Shown here in pieces: positions 1 through 15,549 of a stretch of DNA of 64,000 nucleotides. The stretch is taken from assembly GCF_009914755.1 (NCBI RefSeq), contig NC_060934.1; one strand, given 5' to 3'. How positions within the stretch are numbered: the stretch's first letter is position 1; each line of letters opens with the position of its first letter. The notes beneath the pieces are model-generated. The model did not search any database. It saw nothing but the letters and a program-made list of their open reading frames with translations, and was not told the DNA's origin. A program made the position numbers and the translations under genes. Source of the stretch: the human T2T-CHM13v2.0 reference genome, Homo sapiens.

Positions 1-27
1 CTATGGGAAGGGTGCTGGTGTGAGCAC

Positions 28-610
28 GTGGATTTTTATTGCTGCATAACAAATTACCACACAACGGGGAACCAACAGCTACTTATTGTCTTGCAGTTTC
101 TTTAGGACAGAAGTTCAGGCCCGACGTGGCTAGCCTCTCCACGTAGGGTCTCAGGAAGCTGAAATCAAGGCGTTGCCTGGGCTGTTTCTTTAGACTCACG
201 TGACTGTTGGCAGGATTCAGTTCCTTGAATTGTAGGATAGGGACGCCCATTCTCATGCTGGGTGTCACCTGGGGGTGGTTGTTAGCTCCTAGTGGTCACC
301 CCTAGCTCCTTGTTAGTGGTCACCCCTAGCTCCTTGTGTCGGGGCTGCTGGCACGGCCCTTTCTCACTTCCAGTCTCTCCCTCCAGAAGGGCCCTTGTAA
401 GGGCTCACCTGATCACGTCAGGCTCACAACTGCGAGAATCTCCTTTTTGGTTAACTGAAAGTCAACTGACAAGAGACCTCAATTACCTCTGCAGAATCCC
501 TGTTGCTGTAGAGGGAGCGGTCACTGGGGGAGAATAGCCCATACCTCACAGCCCTGGGGAGGGGATTCTATAGCAGGGACGGGGACCTTGGGGGCCATCC
601 ACTGCCCACC
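28..610 (-). mobile_element. ERVL-MaLR solo LTR, MLT1 family (MLT1E/F-like), degenerate
   Basis: Begins 'ttattgctgcataacaaattaccac' and contains 'gctgaaatcaagg' and 'tgttggcaggattcagttcctt', typical of reverse-oriented MLT1. Boundaries approximate. Confidence 0.7.
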
Positions 611-1304
611 ACTGCACGTGTGTGTGTGTGCTCATGTGTGTACATGTGTGCATGCATTGATTCTCTAGGCTCACTCTTGAAGTTTTGAGGAAATCTATTC
701 TGCCTCATGAAGGTATTCTCCATAAGTGGGAAGGATCTCACACAATTTTCTACAATCAGCAAATATTTCCCAGAGGAAACAAATACCATTTACCCTTGTG
801 CTTTCCGTGTATAATATAGAGGAGGCTTCCTGAAAGTTTACTGATAGCTGAGTTGAGAAAAAGAAACTATTGAATTAATAATATGGCATTAAGCGGAGAG
901 AATATTTTGTTGTGATTTATTTGACATTTAAGCATCTAGGAATAAAGATGTACAGAAACCTTCGTGCTCATTCTGCATTATGGGGTGCACACAGTCCACA
1001 ATTTTATTCTTCCATTGTTATTTAGTTTAAAAAAGTATCTTTTAGAATGTATTAGGTATCCAAAAAACCGAGAAATGTTTTTGCATAAACCAATACACCA
1101 CTAGGCCATGTGGGCTCTGCCTCGCCTGCCGGTGTCCCCTCAGATGTGCAGCCCTGGCCATCTCTGCAGGCTCTGTGGCCCAAGGGTGACCCTGCTGCTG
1201 GGGCCACGTCTCGCAGGCATGACCAGGCCGACCTCTGAAGGGACTGAATGTCACTTAGCATGACAGCCACATTGTATCCTGTCTCATGACTCTCAGGAAA
1301 TGGC

Positions 1305-1520
1305 CCAGCTCGCTTATCTGCTGTTTTGCCTTCAGCACGTAAGTTTCCCTGTCAAAGTAATTTCTCCAGTGCCTGAAAAACCACGATGTCACCCTCAGTG
1401 CACATAGCTGCCATTATCTGAGAGGTTTTAATGTCCATGTAAGATGTGATAATAAGATTTGAGTTTAATAGAGTTGGCCTTCTAGACTTGACCTTATCTG
1501 TATTAATCAACACTTGACTC
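1305..1520. promoter_or_regulatory. Candidate enhancer: GATA/NKX motif cluster in unique sequence
   Basis: CTTATCT at 1313 and 1493, TTATCT at 1414, TGATAA at 1447, CACTTGA at 1511. Motif evidence only. Confidence 0.3.
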
Positions 1521-4289
1521 ACACTAGCTGCCCTCAAGGACTGCACCAAAGTCACGGCCTCTTCTCGCCCTCCTCCTGCCCATGTCTTGGCTCCTCTCTG
1601 TCCTGACTTAGCCTTGCTTAAAGTGGCCACAGGTGCCCCAGGCTCCTCTTCTTGCTGAGAAGAGAGTAGGGATGTGGGCAGAGAAGGACAGCAATTGCAC
1701 GCGATAATGCCTACATCCTACAAAATGTATTTCATTTCTCAAAGTTACGCTGTTCAATGATTTAAATGAAAAGTTTTGCAAAATTATTGACTTTAAAACA
1801 AGGGGATAGTGGAGGTTGCCAAATATCATCTCATTCTCAGCCTGGGCAGGGTTGGGCCACCACAGACTTCCTCTGGATGCTTTCCAGGGAAAGGACCCAG
1901 GGGGACTCTGGGATGGTCTCTGCATCGCTTGACGCCAAGCATTCTTCAGAACTGGGTGTGGAGGGAGAGGGGGCCACAAAGCCTCATCATCTGCGGGGCT
2001 CAAGAGGTCTGGGGGTATCAGCGTTTCACCATTTCATGCCAGAGGATTACGTAAAAGATGCGCTCTGCCCAGGAGGGTCTCTGTGGGACTCTGACTCCCT
2101 CTTCCCCCAGGCCACTTTCAGAAACCTGCAGGGGCCCAGCATCTGACATTGACACTTAAGCAATGGGAGTGCACTGCGTATTTTCTTCCTAATGTCTGTG
2201 CATATGTTGTGTCTGTGTGTGCAAACGTGTATTTTGCATGTGTGCCATGTCAAGATTGTACCCAAGTCTCTGCGTGTGTGTTTGTGGTTCTGCGTTTGTG
2301 TGTGTCTCTTTGGAGCCCGTGTGTATAAGAGTAAAGTTGTGAGCTGAATTCATGTATGTGTTTAGACTGTGTTTGTGGGTGTCTCTGAAGAGATGGAGGG
2401 ATGACATTCCTTTACTAATTGTGTCCTTAATGTGCTTAATTTGTGAAGCTGCCAGCTGCCTGCCTTCCCACTCCCCCCACCCAGCAGAAGGCAATTTGGT
2501 CCAGCTATCTTGCTGGAATGCACTCTGCTCTTCTGGAGCATGCCTTATTATTTTTAAAGCCTTTGGAAGGCCTTGTGAGAGAGGTGCCAGGAGTTCATTG
2601 CAGATTAATATTAATAACAGAATTCTAGAGGAAATGGAGTGCTATGTTTTATTGGCAAACTGTCTTCTCCATCTTTAAAGTAAACAAGACTCCATTTTCT
2701 ACATTACTTAGTATATCATCCTTCCACCCCTTTTAATCATCCTCCAGATGGACTCACGGGGTCCAATTGAACAGGCGTGGAGCCCTCTCTATGTATAGAT
2801 GTACATAGGGGAGGGAGAGGGGGCACCTAGGGGAGGATCAGGATCCACTGAGATTCAGGCCCTCTGTGGGCCACCAGGGCCAGCACCCTGCTCCAAACTA
2901 CGGCTTGCCATTTAAACTCAAGTCAACTTGATCCAGATAAACACTTGGAGAATCCGCTTGGTTTGCATGCTAGCTAAGCCTGTGTGTGAGTGTGTGTGTT
3001 TGTGTGTACATGAATGAAAGCAGAGACTCTCACTACCAATGGAGAACATTGATGTAATTTGCCCAAACCTGAGCTCTTTTGGCTGCGATGAGGCCCCTAC
3101 CAGGTCGGTGAGTCCCTGCTGCTGTCTGCATCTCTGCCTGCTGAAGCCCCCTCAACACTAGTTTCCTGAAGTCTACATACAGCAGGCCCCTGCAGTTCTG
3201 TGTCCTTCTATGGAGGGTGGGATGCCTGCCCCCTCTCTCCTGCCCCTTCTCCTTACACCCAGCTCAGCTCAGCCACCTTTGTGTCCCGGCAGGAACGTTC
3301 CTCCCTCCCTCAGAGCCCCCAAGACACTCAAGTTTTACCCTTCATGGGCCTCAGAACAAGTTGTCTCTGAATAAGTAGAGAGGAATTTTGAGTAACACAT
3401 TGTTCTGCCTAACTACATCTATAAAGCTCACAGCCACGTGGGAGGGGTTTGCTTCACAAGATTTTGGTCCACTGTGCTACTCTTAGGAGAAGGAGCTCAT
3501 CATCAAGTCTTCCACTAAACTGTCCCCTCAAGATTTCCAGGACTCCGGGGAGCCACAGTGAGTACAACTTCAATACTCTTAACTTCTCCAAAGCCTCTAT
3601 TTCCATTCTCCTCCTTCATGTCTTTTCTCTCATTATCATGAAAACGCTCAGGCATGTTCCTTGAACTGTGACAAATTAGTGGGGGGCAAACCACACAGTC
3701 GCAGAGCCACATATCACCCGCACTTTCAGTCGTCCTCCAAACTACTGAATGTCCTAGTGTTGGGAAGGGTGTGAGGCGCTGAGGGGCACAGAGAGGAGGA
3801 GACCCCCACTACCCCCAAGGGGCTCGGGTCTCAAAGGGAGGCTCGGTGAGTGTGTGAATACCTACGAGGGGGAGTGTGGAGCTTTGGAGGACAGTCCTGG
3901 CTGAGACTCAGGCTCCCTGGAGATGACAGAACTGAAGCAGCCCTTGAAGGCTGGGTGGGATTTTGACAGAAGCCCATGGAAAGAGAAGGGCAGCCCACGG
4001 TGGTGAACAGAAGCACAGGGCAGAATGTGTGCCCCAGTGGGTCCCGGCCAGGGGCTGGGACTGAAGGGGCCCATAGGAGAGGAGGGGAAAATGGGCAGGA
4101 CCAGATGCAGGGGGGCCGGAGGAGAAGAAGCCAATATTTGGAGGTTGTCATTAAAATACCTGGAGCAGGCAGGGATGCAGGCTGACCTTTGTGTTAGTGG
4201 AATAGAGAAAGAACCATGGTATAGAGTACCTTGGGGGTACAGAGGCTGGAAGGCAGCAAGGAGGGCAGGGCTTGGGAGCACACACCCCC

Positions 4290-4556
4290 ACACTCAGCTC
4301 CACCTTTACCTGCACTATCCCTGAACCCCTTGATGCGCAGTGGCTCCGCATCAGCTCCACAGGAGTGGGGCGCCTGCCCTCCACAGCTGAGGCCCTGCCG
4401 TCCAGCCCTTGTTCTTCCTGGGCAGCCTGGTTTGCATGCTGGACTTGCCTCTTGCATCGGTTCAGGTGGTGTCTGTGCCTTCAAAGGCTTTTGACAACCC
4501 CTCCTCCTTTGTGACCTGTTACAGCCCAACCCCTGCCCTAGATCCATCCCAGCCTG
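4290..4556 (+). repeat. Local direct duplication, copy 1 (~265 bp; partner 6349-6612)
   Basis: 'acactcagctccacctttacctgcactatccctgaacccc...ccctgccctagatccatcccagcctg' aligns end to end with 6349-6612, about 85-90% identical by eye. Confidence 0.95.
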
Positions 4557-4715
4557 CATTCCTGGGATTACGCCCCAGCGTATGCTCATCTTGGCCACTC
4601 ACCTAACGTTAACTTAAATATTGTTAGAGATGTTAACATGAGGGACATTATCTAATGCTTTTTGTCTCTACTAATAAACATTTTTTTCTGTATTCTATTT
4701 ATAATTCTTGCTTCT

Positions 4716-4740
4716 CCCCCATCCCCCACCCCCCCCCCCC
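4716..4740 (-). other. Poly-G tract / potential G-quadruplex
   Basis: Plus strand C5-AT-C5-A-C12, i.e. G12-T-G5-AT-G5 on the minus strand. Confidence 0.6.
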
Positions 4741-4789
4741 AATAAACTCCACAACAAAAATTGTTTTGATAGGTGCGACAGTTCCACAA

Positions 4790-6070
<1,281 letters not shown>

Positions 6071-6348
6071 GAGGTCCTCCAGTTCCCCCATCCCACTGTG
6101 AGTGTCCAGAGGTGGAAGAGAAAGGTGTTTAGGGCAAAATCTCATGCCTAGAACTAGGACCAGCCGTGGCAGCAACAGGCCTCGCAGAAGCAAGGCTTGT
6201 TGTCAGTGGGGGTCTGGGATCCCTGCAGGCCAAGGACAGCATGCGAAGGCTGGAGGTTCACAGGTGGAGATGTTGCCCAGGGGCCCTGGAGGCGTGGCCA
6301 CAGCGTCTGGGTCTCTCCTGTGCCCCGAGGCCCAGGCAGCAGCTGGAG

Positions 6349-6612
6349 ACACTCAGCTCCACCTTTACCTGCACTATCCCTGAACCCCCTGATGCGTGGT
6401 GGCTCGCATCAGCTCCACAGGGGTGGGGCTCCTGCTCCGGACAACTGAGGTCCTGCCGTCCAGCCCTGTACTTCCTGGGCAGCCTGGTTTGCACGCGGGA
6501 CTTGCCTCTTGCCTCGGTTCAGGTGGTGTCTGTGCCTTCAGAGGCTTCTGACGTCCCCCACTCCCTGTGACCTGTTACAGCCCAATCCCTGCCCTAGATC
6601 CATCCCAGCCTG
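6349..6612 (+). repeat. Local direct duplication, copy 2 (partner 4290-4556)
   Basis: End-to-end alignment with 4290-4556. Confidence 0.95.
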
Positions 6613-7499
6613 GGTCTAGATCAGTTTCCAGTCCCAAATATCTCAGCCAAAACTCACGACTCATTTGTCTATTCTTACTGAGAATCTGTTAGTGCCAGCT
6701 TCTGGGCTCCATGTTATGGGGATTCAAGGAGAAGGACACTAGCGGTGACCTGAGGCTATTGTAGCCCTGAGTAATCTCTCTTCCAACTTGTTCTTAAAAT
6801 ACACATCAAAGTACAGAAAACAGCCAAAAAGCAACACAAAAACTGCACAGGAACAGTGTCAACAATTGTTAGCCTTGGGAGGGATTTCCATTATCTTCAA
6901 AAATAATGAGACACTCTCGGGCACATTTGAGGACATTTTCATTGTTAGTGGCTCAGTTGGCCAGAGGCATGTAGGTGAGAAGGGGCCTGGTGGCCCAGTG
7001 GCCATCACTGAACCTGGCAGAGCCCTGAGAGCACCTTACCCTCCCCTGGGGCAGGGACTGCTGCTCATCTGTCCTGAGCCTGGGCCTTGCCTCTCCTCCT
7101 CCCTGCTGGTTTGCAATGTTGGGGAGGTAAGGGGGAGGACATGTCCCACTGAGTCCTGAACCATGTGGTCCCCGAAGGTACAATGCTGCTGGCCGGGCGG
7201 AGGGAGGACTGGCATGGCTTTTTCTTCCGTGTAGCCTATTTGGTGGAACAAAATAAGCCCCTTCCTGTATTCACAAGGGCATACATTGACCCTAAGTGGG
7301 TCAGAGAACCTGCCTTCCTCAGCCCAGCCAACCACACCCAATGAGTGCCTGTCTCCAAAGCACTGACATCGGGACTGGGGGTGAACCCACTGTGCCTTCC
7401 AGCTTTAGCTCTTCAAGGGGTGTTCAGCCAGGGGACCCAGGGTGGCAAGAGGGTGAAAGTGTGCTGTGTGTCTCTGTAACAAGGTTTTTATGGAGCACG

Positions 7500-8981
<1,482 letters not shown>

Positions 8982-8999
8982 TGATTTCAGACAACAGTA

Positions 9000-9500
9000 A
9001 AGTTACATAAAAAAAATAGCACAAGGTGCTGATAGGGAGGATGGAGAGAGCGGAGGCTGCTCACAGTGGTCAGGGGATGCCCAGGAGGTGACAGCAGTCG
9101 CAGTGTGAGGCTGCCACTCACCCTCAGGGAGGGGTTTCCAGGCAGCAGGGGTGAGGGCAAAGGCCCTGATTGAAAGGAAGCTGATGTGGGGCCAGAAGGC
9201 ATATATGTGGGCAGAGAGGCAGGCAAAGGCTGACCAGAGAGCCCTGGCCACCATGGTGGGCACATGGATTTTGTCCTTAGGGCCACAGGACACCGTTGAA
9301 GGGTACGAGTGGAAAAGTGACCCTCTGAGGCTGCGTGTGGGGCAGCCTGTAAGGGCTGGCACGTGCCGGGGCCCAGGGCAGGGGGCTGTGGGCTGATGTG
9401 GGCTGTGCTCATGGCCTGAGGGAGGAATTCAGGAAGATTCTGAGCCTTTTGGCCTGAACAACATGTTCTGAGATTGGCGAGTGGGAGATAAAGAGGTTTG
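9000..9500. mobile_element. L2 fragment
   Basis: Motifs 'tttccaggcagcaggg...gcaaaggccctga', 'ggattttgtcctt', 'ttttggcctgaacaac' typical of L2. Confidence 0.55.
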
Positions 9501-9653
9501 GGAGGAGTGAGGGGAATTAGCTGTGGGATTTGAGGAGGGCCCAGGCCTGAGCCCTGTGTTGATCCAGTATTCAGAGAAGGGAGAGGAGTGGGGCCCAGCG
9601 AAGTAGGCGGGGAAGGGGCCAGCAGTTTGTAAGGAGAGATGGGGATGACATAG

Positions 9654-10023
<370 letters not shown>

Positions 10024-10149
10024 TAACAATGATTAGAATCAGATAGACATGTTCTGGCCTCTATTAGTGAAAAGTGGGTTGTGTGCTTAGGGACAACAGA
10101 GTTGCCCCACAGATATGAGGGACACTGACACCACCTATCTTTATGTTTT

Positions 10150-10310
10150 TGTCAGCTTTAGAACACAACTTCTGTCCTCAAGGTCAACTCAGAGTCTGTG
10201 GTGGCTGCTGGACCTCCAGCCATCACATCTGTATTCTCACACCTAGAAAGTGGGAGGACAGAAAAGCATGACGGCCTCCTGCCATTTAGTGGTCTCCCAT
10301 TTAACCTGCT
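10150..10310 (-). mobile_element. MLT1J/K-like LTR fragment
   Basis: 'gtggctgctggacctccagccatcacatctgtattc' matches the MLT1J/K motif as recalled. Confidence 0.5.
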
Positions 10311-11892
10311 TTCCTGGTTAAGAAATTGTGAATTCCAGTCACAATTTTCATTATATTGCCTTTTCAGATTCTTGCTATCCTCGTCTGTAAAAATAGGGAA
10401 CTCTTCGCTCATTCGCGATTCATTATTCATGCATGCATTCATGTGTATTCAGCAGTAGGCTTGGGGTTGAGCCTACCACTAAATGCACCTGGGTAAGGTG
10501 ATCAGCATGGCCTGGGATAAAAAGTGATTATCCCTATCTGTGAAATGATGAACACTGGCCGAATGACAGGCCGGGTGTAAAGTGCTCGGTCTTTGTTACT
10601 CCACTTCATGTTCTCAACAGCTCTATAGGCTGCTGTGGTCTTATTTGCTGCATGAAGACAGCGGGCCTGCAGTAGGTGTGCCTCGTAGTGATCACCGCAC
10701 TGTGTGGGGACTGGCGGTGTGGACCATGGTGTCTGCTGCACCTGTACAGCTGGGTCACAGTAAGCCTCCCGCAGGCACTGCTCTGGGCCCAGCAGACTTG
10801 CTGACGACGGGGACAGCTCCGTGCAGGAAGCCTCAGAACAATGCATCGCTGCAGCCCAGAGGTCTGGGCACGCCCACGGAGATTTCCCCTGTGTGTTCTG
10901 GAATGTTTAGTGTGGTTGACCTTGCCAGTGATTTATGAAGTATCTTAAAAATAGTTTTTACCTAGAAATAAAATATGCCCCTGATTCTTATGCTTACAAT
11001 GACCATTGTACTTGTGATGACTTCAGCTACAGTTGTTTGAGATCAGTATTATATTCACCCAGAATACTTAATCAAATAGTTTCCCTAACAAGCACTTGGT
11101 TTCTGAGCAGAATTTCCTCTAGTGGTACAAGGAAACCATTCATGTCTTACCCTTAAGAGGTGATGGATAAAATTATCCTGATTATGAAGAAATTATTTGT
11201 CCAGTGAATAAAGTCTGCTGACCCTATTGTATAGACATTCACATTTTTCTGAGTCTGACCTCACTCAGTTATGGCCACAGTGGGTGGTGGCCCTACCTGT
11301 GCCGGGACACCTCTCTCCCCCCATGTGGTCACTGTCCCTGGTGTGAGAAGTGTCCCCCCCAGGTCGGGCCTCGTCTGGCTCTGGCCTGGACCTTACTCCT
11401 CCTAACTGCACTCATCCACTTAGAGAGGGCACTTTGATTTATGGTGTTTACATTTGTGTTTCTCATTAGCCAGCATTTCCTTTGTGCAGTCTGTGTCCCA
11501 AATATCCTTAATTTTTGGGTTATCAGCAGGCAGAAGGGCAGCAGCCTGTAATGCCCCTTGTGGGGCCTGAGGAGTCCCTTCCCGCCTGGCAGAGGGACAC
11601 ACTGAGGGCTGCACCACTGAGTCATTCCCATGCTCTCTCCACAGAATCAGTCCAGAGACTGGGAAAGAAAACTGGCTAACCTCTCCAAGGGCCACTTTTT
11701 TAAAAAAGTAGATTTTATTATTTTTAAAGAGCATTTTCAGGTTCGCAACATAATTGAGTGGAGAGTATTTTCAGCAATATTTTGCTGACATACATTATCT
11801 CATGTGATTCTCATTACAGTCTTGTGAATTAAGCATGGGAGGTATTGTCATCTTATTTGAAAAAATTAAGAAAGTGATGTTCCAGGCACTAA

Positions 11893-13289
11893 GTAAGTTC
11901 AAGGATATGGGACTAGCCTGGTAAGTACAAGGATGTGGGACTAGCCTGGTAAGTACAAGGATGTGGGACTAGCCTGGTAAGTACTAGTATGTGGGACTAG
12001 CCCAGTAAGTACACGGATGTGGGACTAGCCCGGTAAGTACTAGGATGTGGGACTAGCCCGGTAAGTGTTAGGATGTGGGACTAGCCCGGTAAGTACTAGG
12101 ATGTGGGTCTAGCCTGGTAAGTACTAGGATGTGGGACTAGCCCGGTAAGTACTAGGATGTGGGTCTAGCCTGGTAAGTACTAGGATGTGGGACTAGCCCG
12201 GTAAGTACTAGGATGTGGGTCTAGCCTGGTAAGTACTAGGATGTGGGACTAGCCTGGTAAATGCTAGGATGTGGGACTAGCCCGGTAAGTACTAGGATGT
12301 GGGTCTAGCCTGGTAAGTACTAGGATGTGGGACTAGCCCGGTAAGTATAAGGATGTGGGACTAGCCTGGTAAGTATAAGGATGTGGGACTAGCCTGGTAA
12401 GTATAAGGATATGTGACTAGCCCGGTAAGTACTAGGATGTGGGTCTAGCCTGGTAAGTACTAGGATGTGGGACTAGCCTGGTAAATGCTAGGATGTGGGA
12501 CTAGCCCGGTAAGTACTAGGATGTGGGTCTAGCCTGGTAAGTACTAGGATGTGGGACTAGCCCGGTAAGTATAAGGATGTGGGACTAGCCTGGTAAGTAT
12601 AAGGATATGTGACTAGCCCGGTAAGTACTAGGATGTGGGTCTAGCCTGGTAAGTACTAGGATGTGGGACTAGCCCGGTAAGTATAAGGATGTGGGACTAG
12701 CCCGGTAAGTATAAGGATATGTGACTAGCCCGGTAAGTACTAGGATATGGGACTACGCCGGTAAGTACAAGGATGTGGGACTAGCCCAGTAAGTACAAGG
12801 ATATGGGACTAGCCTAGTAAGTACTAGGATGTGGGACTAGCCTGGTAAATGCTAGGATATGTGACTAGCCCGGTAAGTACTAGGATGTGGGTCTAGCCTG
12901 GTAAGTACTAGGATGTGGGACTAGCCCGGTAAGTATAAGGATGTGGGACTAGCCCGGTAAGTATAAGGATATGTGACTAGCCCGGTAAGTACTAGGATAT
13001 GGGACTACGCCGGTAAGTACAAGGATGTGGGACTAGCCCAGTAAGTACAAGGATATGGGACTAGCCTAGTAAGTACTAGGATGTGGGACTAGCCTGGTAA
13101 ATGCTAGGATGTGGGACTAGCCCGGTAAGTACTAGGATGTGGGTCTAGCCTGGTAAGTACTAGGATGTGGGACTAGCCCGGTAAGTATAAGGATGTGGGA
13201 CTAGCCTGGTAAGTATAAGGATATGTGACTAGCCCGGTAAATACTAGGATATGGGACTACGCCGGTAAGTACAAGGATGTGGGACTAGC
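11893..13289 (+). repeat. 28-bp VNTR/minisatellite, ~50 copies, consensus GGATGTGGGACTAGCCYGGTAAGTACTA
   Basis: Unit starts at 11903, 11931 ... 13275 (49 exact 28-bp steps). Confidence 0.98.
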
Positions 13290-15230
13290 ACCAGGTCTTT
13301 CTTCTGACTCTTGGCTGCATGCTCAGTCTGTATCTGTTCACACAGGAGAGGGCAGGTGCATCATGATGTGGCACCAGAGGGGGTCTGCAGGGCATGAATA
13401 GCAGTACCTCTTCTACACACAGCACTGCAGCAGGTGCAACCGCAGACCCCATTACTCTGTATCTAGGGGACATAGTATATGGCAGAAGGTTCCTAAGACC
13501 ATTTTTGAAGATAAAAGTCTACACGTTCAAGTTGTCATGGAAGCTTGAAAGTGCCACATCTACACAGAAAGACTGATTGGTCTATGGGGGAAATAGTTGT
13601 TATCAAACAGGGACGAGCCAGATGGAGCTGGATCTTGCATGGGGCTCACAGAATGCAGATGTGGCTTGGAAGGGAGGGGTGCTTGGGAGGGGAGAGGGAT
13701 GAGACTCTGAGCTGCCTTCCCATGAGCCCAGTGTGGACCAGGGGTAGGTGGCAGGACAGCCATGCAGCCCTTTCTAAAGCATGCTGGCAGAGGCCTTACT
13801 AAACAACCCAAGGAGCAGGCAAACAGATCAACTGAATCGCAAAAAGGCCGCTCAGCAGTGCCTGAGCTGCCACCAAATGTGGTCTTCTCGCAAAACACAT
13901 GGAGGGAAATGTGCAATCCCCTTTCCAAACTTCAGAAGATTAAAAGGGTAAACACCTCCGAAGTCAACAAATGATGCCATCAGGGCAGGAGAGCCAGGGG
14001 GAAACAGGGGAGAAGCGAAAGTGGGGACAAGAGCTAGGAATTCTGGAAAGAACAGTGCTTGCCATCATAGAGAGGCTGCATAGTGGGTGGTGAAAAGAAA
14101 ACAAAAATATTAAAACCAGCGAGAAGGGCTGTGGGGGAAAATGAGAAAATAAATGAAAGTGGAAGAGGATTTAATGAGTTCTGGGAAGAAAACACTTAGT
14201 TGGAGTGGGAGGCTAAAGGGATAGGGGGTGGAAAGAAACAAGCTCTTAAGAGTTGAGAATGACTGAAATGGCTCCTGACTCAACAGTTTTGAATTACAGT
14301 TTTGTATGTAAAATTAAGTTATGTATAGCCATTGCGGACAGGATGTGCAGCCTCTCTGTTGATAATGCTGTTGGCTCCTCCATGGATTTATAAGCATCAT
14401 TGGATCCAGAATAAGTTGCCCTTTATCCCCCAGCCTGGAAGTGATTAGGCAGGACTTCTCTTTGGGCACTCTCAGCTGTGGCTGAGAGAGAAGGAAAGAA
14501 TTAGGGAAGCAGGTGCATCTTCCTGTGGGCAGGAATCTCAGTGGTTTAACCAGCTCACTAGAGGTGGCACTCAGGGGTGAAGGTGGCAAGACCACTAGAG
14601 GAGGCGCAGCCAGGAGGCAAGTGAGCGAGGGAGGGGCCTGAGGTCTCAGGGCGATTGGGTCCACAGGTGGCACAATGCTTGTTATCTGGCCAGGAGAATT
14701 ACCGGCCCAGAGACACCAGGTCCAGGGCCAGGCTGGACGAGGATGTAGACGTCATACCAGGCATTTGTGTGCTATGCCAAGAGGTGGGCAGGGTAGAGGC
14801 ACTGGAACCAACAGGGCTCGGTCAGGTTGGCCTTGGGGAAAGGTCACTCTGGCAATACCGATGCCTCTCTCCTCCCAGCCCTTTAAAAATCTAAGTGGAT
14901 TCACATTTCCTCAGTATCCTCTGGAGCCTAGGTCACAAGATACATGGTTCCCACCCATGCCCATGCAGAGGAGGGTTGCTGGGGGGATGTGTGCAGGCAG
15001 CACTGAAGGGGGAAGCATGGGGTGGGATTTCAGCTTAAGTGGGGAGCAGACAGACGAGCAGAGAGACCCAGGGAGCATCAGCTGATACACAGCCACGCAC
15101 ACACCTTCCAAGTGACAAGGGTTGTGCAGAGGCCATTTTGTGCCCTGCAGACAAGCACTGTGGACCTTAATGCAGACATTTGGCCTGATGGTTGGGGCCC
15201 CTGGGGCTGGGCTCAGGGTGGGGATTTTAA

Positions 15231-15527
15231 TTTTTCTTTTCTTTTTTTCTTTATTTTGAGACAGGGCCTTGCTCTGTTGCTCAGACTGGAGTGCAGTGGC
15301 ACGATCTCGGCTCATTAACCTCTGTGTCCTAGGCTCGATCAGTCTTCCTACCTCAGCCTCCTGCGTAGCTGGGACTACAGGTGTGCATCACCATACCCAG
15401 ATAATTTTTGTATTTTCTGTAGAGACGGGGTTTTGCCAAGTTGCCCAGGCTGGCTGCAAACTCCTAGGCTCAAGCAATTCTCCTGCCTTGGCCTCCCAAA
15501 GAGCTGGGATTACAGGTACAAGCCAGG
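15231..15527 (-). mobile_element. AluJ
   Basis: Diverged dimer with 'ctcctaggctcaagcaattctcc' (J-type). Confidence 0.9.
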
Positions 15528-15549
15528 CCAGGGGTGGGAGTTTTTACAA

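Noticed and set aside
10502-10938. CpG-containing, exon-like ORFs on both strands (114 and 118 aa)
   Set aside because: No recognisable protein. The nucleotide sequence faintly resembles an L3/CR1 LINE relic ('gtggtcttatttgctgcatgaagacag...gtgatcaccgcactgtg...ggaccat'), so it is more likely ancient repeat.
11893-13289. Regular short repeats resembling a CRISPR array
   Set aside because: Head-to-tail units with no unique spacers, in primate DNA: a minisatellite.
14740-14790. Peptide look-alikes (YQAFVCYAK like TIR box 1; DVIPGICV...W like chitin synthase)
   Set aside because: Matches under 10 residues that need a stop or frameshift, with no supporting neighbouring exons.
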